Shown one piece after another: positions 58,948-64,000 of a stretch of DNA of 64,000 nucleotides (the first letter of the stretch is position 1; the number at the start of each line of letters is the position of its first letter). The stretch lies in the IMG/VR virus record IMGVR_UViG_3300032313_001394, positions 32,001-96,000 of that record; one strand, written 5' to 3'. The stretch is from a virus. Under the pieces are notes generated by a model. It did no database searches and was not told where the DNA came from. It was given only the letters and a program-made list of their open reading frames with translations. The translations under genes and the position numbers were made by a program.

Positions 58948-59252
58948 AACTTTTCTTTTAATTTAACAATTTCAGCACACGTTTCATAATCTTCAAACTT
59001 TTCATAGTATGAAATTGATTTATTGAGTGCTGACTCAAAATCTTGTTTGTCTACTGTTAAGTATTGTCCAGTTGAGTTGATTTCTATTATTTTAGCGTGT
59101 TTTAATTTACGCTTAATAGCTTCTCTAATCCCCCATACTGTTTGAGAATAAACAATATCTTGTATTACTTCATTTTCTCCAATTACTGAGTAATCTGGTT
59201 CACCGTCTCCGTTTATATTAAACTGTAGGTTCGGTATTTGTCTCTTTGCCAT
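58944..59252 (-). CDS. Protein with UVR-like motif, paralogue of 57275..57649
   Basis: EKFEDYETCAEIVKLKE. Confidence 0.7.
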   Translation of the reverse strand: MAKRQIPNLQFNINGDGEPDYSVIGENEVIQDIVYSQTVWGIREAIKRKLKHAKIIEINSTGQYLTVDKQDFESALNKSISYYEKFEDYETCAEIVKLKEKL

Positions 59253-59628
59253 CTGTATTAGGATTTAAAATGTTCTTAATGAATAATTTAAAGCTCTCTA
59301 ATCGGATTAAGAATCCAACTACATTCTGATATGGCACGTCTAAATCAGTATCAACTGATAATCCCATATCAGCTAATCCTTTATTTAATTTAGTTTTTAA
59401 TTTTTGGGTAATTTCTTCCTTTTTAGCCTCGTCTGTGCCTTGAGGAACAATAAATTGAATTTTAATACCCTTCTTAGTTGGGTTTTTATTTACATCGAGT
59501 ATCATTTTAAGACCCGATTCAGGTGACTCTGGGGGAGTCATATCAACAGCTGGTTGAGTATCAGTAGGTATTTCTTCACTATCTACCTCTAATATAGCTT
59601 TGATTTCATCTTCTAATAAATTTATCAT
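59218..59628 (-). CDS. Hypothetical protein with leader MINLLEDEIKAILE
   Basis: ORF track; promoter at 59648. Confidence 0.75.
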   Translation of the reverse strand: MINLLEDEIKAILEVDSEEIPTDTQPAVDMTPPESPESGLKMILDVNKNPTKKGIKIQFIVPQGTDEAKKEEITQKLKTKLNKGLADMGLSVDTDLDVPYQNVVGFLIRLESFKLFIKNILNPNTDGKETNTEPTV

Positions 59629-59662
59629 TTTTATTTATTTGTTTAATATAAATATAATAAAG

Positions 59663-59687
59663 AAAGGTCCTAGAAATTAGGACCTTT
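59663..59687 (-). terminator. Terminator hairpin fused to the promoter at 59648-59665
   Basis: AAAGGTCCTA-ATTTC-TAGGACCTTT then CTTT. Confidence 0.75.
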
Positions 59688-59705
59688 AACTTTAATTGTG
59701 TGTTA

Positions 59706-60104
59706 TTACTTCTTTTTAGGATAGTAACGACGTTTCTTCTTAGGTGGCTTTGGAGCGGTTTCTTCTATTGCTGATGGAGTAGATACTGCTGCTTGAGCAT
59801 TAGCTAATTCATCTTGTAATTTTTCAATAGATGATAACTCATTAGCCACCTCTTGAGGAATTGAAGCTTCAACAGTATTAGTTAATACATTATCGATTTT
59901 TTCGATCATTGTTTTAACTTTTTTAGTTGATTCTTTAACTGTTTTTAAAGCATCTTCTTGAACTTGCTTTAATTCTGCTTCTTCAAATGAAGGATTAGAA
60001 GCAGTAACATCTCCATGAGAGAGATTAACGGTTTGCGTTTGCTGACGAGCAAAGTACCAGATGGCACCAGCAATACCTAACAACACTAAAATTGCAATAA
60101 ACAT
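59706..60104 (-). CDS. Membrane-anchored protein with basic tail
   Basis: N-terminal TM helix; KKKRRYYPKKK. Confidence 0.75.
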   Translation of the reverse strand: MFIAILVLLGIAGAIWYFARQQTQTVNLSHGDVTASNPSFEEAELKQVQEDALKTVKESTKKVKTMIEKIDNVLTNTVEASIPQEVANELSSIEKLQDELANAQAAVSTPSAIEETAPKPPKKKRRYYPKKK

Positions 60105-60128
60105 AATTATTTGGGTTTGGTTAAAAAA

Positions 60129-60365
60129 TTAATCTTCAAAAAAGTAAATAATATACGCATAAATAACAGCTCCAAAAAACACTAAAAAGAATAATATAAA
60201 TGCTAATTCAGCTACTCCTGGTATTAGTAAATACCTTTTATATTTTGATTTATACCATCCAGTACTATCACAATCTTCTAGTAATGAATCAGTCATACCA
60301 GTAATTAATATATGAGCTAATAAACCGATAAAAATTAAAAATGCAACCATTAAATAGTAAAACAT
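60129..60365 (-). CDS. Two-TM membrane protein
   Basis: Two hydrophobic segments. Confidence 0.7.
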   Translation of the reverse strand: MFYYLMVAFLIFIGLLAHILITGMTDSLLEDCDSTGWYKSKYKRYLLIPGVAELAFILFFLVFFGAVIYAYIIYFFED

Positions 60366-60366
60366 A

Positions 60367-60543
60367 TTATTCTTCTCTATGTTGTTTAGTTGTGTTATGA
60401 TAAATAAATGCAGTCAATAATACCCATCCAAATTTAGATGTTGGAGTCCAATCAACTAGAGCAACATCATAATTAATCAATGTAAATACTCCAAATGAAA
60501 GTAAAACTGCTACGAGTGCGTATTGTATTAAAACTTTATTCAT
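60367..60543 (-). CDS. 58 aa two-TM protein (not in ORF track)
   Basis: MNKVLIQYALVAVLLSFGVFTLI...; promoter 60547-60564 ends 3 nt before the ATG. Confidence 0.65.
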   Translation of the reverse strand: MNKVLIQYALVAVLLSFGVFTLINYDVALVDWTPTSKFGWVLLTAFIYHNTTKQHREE

Positions 60544-60570
60544 AATTTAAATATATTAAGGAAATTTTGT

Positions 60571-61335
60571 TTAGACAAATACTTGATTGGTTTGAGGATT
60601 ACGTTTCATATAATCACCCCATTTATATTTAAAGTAATAATGACATTCATGTTCTTGTCTGTATGATTCTTGACTTCTTTCTCCTGATTTGGTACCTATT
60701 GAAACGAAATGATAGAAAGCAACATTATATAAACGAATACTTCCAATTCCATTTAAATTACATTTCATAAAGAATTCACAATCAACAACCCACCCACCTG
60801 GATATGATTCGTCCCATCCACCTACTTTTAAATAGTCTTGCTTAGACATGAATATAGGTAAAGTAGATCCATTTATATCAGTTACCATTTTAGATGAACT
60901 AACTTCAAATACTCTAAATGCTTCTAAATCAAATGTATCAGGTGTACGTCCAAAGTTTTTTATTTTGAATTGTGAGAATATACTTGGGATTGGCTCAATT
61001 TGATTTGGAGCATAAACAGCACCTGGTTGGTATTGTGATTCTAAACGTGTGTCCCAATCAGCAGGAAATACATTATCATCATTTACAATTAAAATCAATT
61101 CATTTGATGCATTATATACTCCTAAATTAGTTGCTCGGGCTAATCCTACATTTTGTTTTAAATCAAGTACTGAAATATTATCTTGGTATTTATATAATAC
61201 TTCTTTGTTTTCCTCGTAGAATCCATCTACAACAACGATAATTTCGTTTTTATTTGTTTGACCTTCAATAGCTGATCTTAAACATAAATCAAGTACTTCT
61301 GGTTCTCTGTAAGTTGGAATTATAACTGATATCAT
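60571..61335 (-). CDS. GT2 family glycosyltransferase
   Basis: ISVIIPTY, IIVVVDG, N.G, NDD, VGGWDE; start at MISV. Confidence 0.9.
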   Translation of the reverse strand: MISVIIPTYREPEVLDLCLRSAIEGQTNKNEIIVVVDGFYEENKEVLYKYQDNISVLDLKQNVGLARATNLGVYNASNELILIVNDDNVFPADWDTRLESQYQPGAVYAPNQIEPIPSIFSQFKIKNFGRTPDTFDLEAFRVFEVSSSKMVTDINGSTLPIFMSKQDYLKVGGWDESYPGGWVVDCEFFMKCNLNGIGSIRLYNVAFYHFVSIGTKSGERSQESYRQEHECHYYFKYKWGDYMKRNPQTNQVFV

Positions 61336-62018
61336 ATTTTTGACCAATCGATTAAAGGTGTTAACCAAGCTGTTTCGCCGTGAGTTGAATATCCTGGTAT
61401 TGGAGTAATTAAGTAATGAGCTGAATTATATAATGAAATAAACATGTCGAAATCACGTGGATAACTGCCTTGAGTATATTCACGCAATACATTTTCCACC
61501 TTACGAAGTGTCTTCACTTTAGCCGCGAATGTCATCGTTGTTGAGTTAGTTACTTTCCAATGTGATGATGTAGATAACATAACACGAGTCATTTCACCTC
61601 CACCTTGTACATATGGATTCGCTCCATCAATATATTTATCTGGATGATCATATAATGAAACAAAATCTGCTCCGATTTCATTTAATCCTTCTTCAATTAT
61701 TTTTTGTGAGCCTGGTTTATGTAAATAATCATTTTCACAGAAATAAACTATTTCATTATCATCAAACGTTAATGCTTTATCTAATGCTAAATTAAATGTA
61801 CCCGCACCATGTCCAACTGAAACATATTCAATTACATCTAAATTATCAATATATTGAAACAACATATTATTTGTTTTTTCAGATACGTTATCAGCAATAA
61901 TATGCCAATCAGCATCCTTAAACACATTAACTGCATTCCATAAACAATTTCTATTATTGATGTATTTAGGTTTTACTTTATTATAACCTGAATCTGATAT
62001 TCTATAAATTATTTTCAT
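61332..62018 (-). CDS. Putative GT-A glycosyltransferase
   Basis: IADN, YFCENDYLH, YDHPDKY, STTMTF, PGYSTH. Confidence 0.7.
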   Translation of the reverse strand: MKIIYRISDSGYNKVKPKYINNRNCLWNAVNVFKDADWHIIADNVSEKTNNMLFQYIDNLDVIEYVSVGHGAGTFNLALDKALTFDDNEIVYFCENDYLHKPGSQKIIEEGLNEIGADFVSLYDHPDKYIDGANPYVQGGGEMTRVMLSTSSHWKVTNSTTMTFAAKVKTLRKVENVLREYTQGSYPRDFDMFISLYNSAHYLITPIPGYSTHGETAWLTPLIDWSKI

Positions 62019-62779
62019 TTGTTATATATTTGAGCAAATGTTTTGATACTATCTAAAATATTATTATGTTCTAATACTTCGTATGTTATTGTTTTATCAT
62101 ATTTACTATTTTTGATCATATTTGCCCATCCTAAATGAAGAGATTTATCAACAATAGGAATTAATTTAGGTTCCGAAATATGAATATGTTCTATATAGTC
62201 AATATAATCAAGAAAATCACTTATTGGATTTCTTTTTTCAAGAATAGAATTATGAGTATCAACCATTGTTCTTATATTAATTAAGTTATTTTCTTTAATA
62301 AAATTAACTATCTCATCAATATTATGAAAGAATTGACCATTATATACAGAAGCGTTAGGTTCAATTACAACTTTAATATCTTTACCTTCTAATAACTTAT
62401 CTACTTGAGTGAATATATTTACAAGTGTATCTTCCCACCCTTCATGTTTTTGTCTTAAACTAGGTGAACCAAATACAAGTATCTTAGAACCCAATGTAAC
62501 AGCACAATTAATTACTCGTTTAAAATGATTTACAACAACATCAACATCAGTTATCTTACAATCAACTCCATAAAATAAAGACTGAATAGAATAAGATTTA
62601 AGATTATAATCATCTAATGCAATTTTATAATTCATTAAATCAATATAAGTTAATTTATCCCAATCTTTGAGTTTAGTTAGAATAGTTTCAACTTGAGTAA
62701 TATTATTTTTTCTTAAACAGTTAAATATATCTCCAGCATGGTATCTATCCCAAGCAAAATTACTTAATGCTAAATTCAT
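62015..62779 (-). CDS. Sugar phosphate isomerase/epimerase (xylose isomerase-like TIM barrel)
   Basis: LSNFAW, QSL, VFGSP, IEPN, DTH, HIHISEP. Confidence 0.85.
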   Translation of the reverse strand: MNLALSNFAWDRYHAGDIFNCLRKNNITQVETILTKLKDWDKLTYIDLMNYKIALDDYNLKSYSIQSLFYGVDCKITDVDVVVNHFKRVINCAVTLGSKILVFGSPSLRQKHEGWEDTLVNIFTQVDKLLEGKDIKVVIEPNASVYNGQFFHNIDEIVNFIKENNLINIRTMVDTHNSILEKRNPISDFLDYIDYIEHIHISEPKLIPIVDKSLHLGWANMIKNSKYDKTITYEVLEHNNILDSIKTFAQIYNK

Positions 62780-63518
62780 TGATAAATTGTTTAATTTCGT
62801 TTAATACTTTATTTTTATTTGAAATGTAACCACCAAATTTAGTATGGTAATCATATGTTACTTTACTTCCATTTTGAACTTTATCCATATGTTCAGGAAA
62901 TAATTCAACAATATCTGATGTGTATATTGGTTCAGTAAATAAATTAAATGAAGATTCATTAGGGTATTGAGTTGAAAATGAATTTATATCATTATGTAAG
63001 TTATCTAAATTATACCATTGGTAGTATGAATTTTGGTTTATTTGATCTACATTATTATTATGAATTAAATCATATATTACATTTTTCTTTATTAATGAAT
63101 TAAATAATGCTGGTAATCTAAATATTTTTAAATCATCGCATTTAACCATTTCCCTAACCATTAACTCAAATAAATAACGATTATTACCATAACTTAATTT
63201 ACTAATGTTTGGATTATAAGTTTCATTAGATAATAATGGTGAGTCATTATAAACATCAATAGTTGAAATTAATGTTATTTTTGAATATTGAAATTGAGAT
63301 ATAATACTAATAATATTATTAATGTTTTGGATATCTGCAGTTAAGTTTTTATTAACCATCCATTTTGTTGCGGGTAGACAAGTTAAAAATAATTCATCAC
63401 CATCTTTAGCTAAATGCTCAAATGTATATAAATTTTTACTATTGAACTCATAATCAAACGTTTCGAACTGTTTGATTGTCTGTCCCACTAAGCCCGTATT
63501 GCCAATTAATAATTTCAT
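62760..63518 (-). CDS. NAD(P)-binding epimerase/dehydratase-like protein
   Basis: LIGNTGLVG, ISTIDVY, YG.NR, RLPALF, KKNVIYDL, QWY. Confidence 0.8.
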   Translation of the reverse strand: MKLLIGNTGLVGQTIKQFETFDYEFNSKNLYTFEHLAKDGDELFLTCLPATKWMVNKNLTADIQNINNIISIISQFQYSKITLISTIDVYNDSPLLSNETYNPNISKLSYGNNRYLFELMVREMVKCDDLKIFRLPALFNSLIKKNVIYDLIHNNNVDQINQNSYYQWYNLDNLHNDINSFSTQYPNESSFNLFTEPIYTSDIVELFPEHMDKVQNGSKVTYDYHTKFGGYISNKNKVLNEIKQFINEFSIK

Positions 63519-63999
63519 CTATTTGTTTTTCTATAATGTATATTCCTTGTATTTTACCTGTAAAGCAATTTATTATATTATTTTCTACTTTTACTACAGG
63601 GTATCTGTTTGCTGAATTACTTTTTATTTTTGATTTAACTGATAGAAAATAATCATTATAAGTAAAATGTTCTAAAAATTCAGGATAATAATATTTAATT
63701 TTATCTTCAATTAATTTTTGTTTTTCTAAAACGTTATTGAATTTATAATTATTTAATTCATTAATATCATTAGTAGTAAATAAAGGTGTATGTTCTACAT
63801 CTGTTACTGTGTATAATTTATCTTTATACGGATAAATTGAAAAGAAATTACCATCAACTAAAGTAAGAGCACCAAATGATGTTGGTTGTATTTTCTTATA
63901 TAATAATGATAATGTTAATTCATAGAATGTATTATCAATTTGATTTAATTGATTATTAGTAGCATTAATTACTAAATCATATTCTTTAGATAATGCTTT
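63454..63999 (-). CDS. C-terminal part of a probable FAD-dependent oxidoreductase (5' truncated)
   Basis: YDLVINAT, TLVDG.FFSIYPY, TDVEHTP, FTGKI; upstream of the epimerase/isomerase pair. Confidence 0.65.
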   Translation of the reverse strand, partial: KALSKEYDLVINATNNQLNQIDNTFYELTLSLLYKKIQPTSFGALTLVDGNFFSIYPYKDKLYTVTDVEHTPLFTTNDINELNNYKFNNVLEKQKLIEDKIKYYYPEFLEHFTYNDYFLSVKSKIKSNSANRYPVVKVENNIINCFTGKIQGIYIIEKQIDEIINWQYGLSGTDNQTVRNV

Positions 64000-64000
64000 A

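Overview
A 64 kb segment of a strongly AT-rich, large tailed-phage genome, probably a myovirus (gp25-like and gp6/baseplate-J-like wedge genes, gp55-like sigma factor, primase). Essentially every real gene is on the minus strand and reads in the standard genetic code. A Bacteroidota host is inferred from a DUF4494-like gene, TAnnTTTA promoter cores, A-rich translation starts without Shine-Dalgarno, and a lipoprotein with D-S/T-x motifs. Layout: 1-6.6 kb MoxR/vWA module and FAD oxidoreductase; 6.7-15.3 kb a block of proteins with shared leaders and LxE-punctuated multi-domain enzymes; 15.3-17.5 kb replication nucleases and primase; 17.5-34 kb baseplate/tail genes with mucin-like repeats; 34-37.4 kb sigma factor, HD protein and CG-palindrome non-coding tracts; 37.4-53 kb an array of small genes, most behind their own copy of an 18-bp promoter, plus a tRNA-like RNA and an origin-like element; 53-64 kb lipid, sugar and purine auxiliary enzymes. 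The best candidate for an undescribed system is a leader-tagged, protease-punctuated set of putative virion cargo proteins. No CRISPR array, integrase or transposase was seen. All family assignments come from motif recognition by eye, not database searches.
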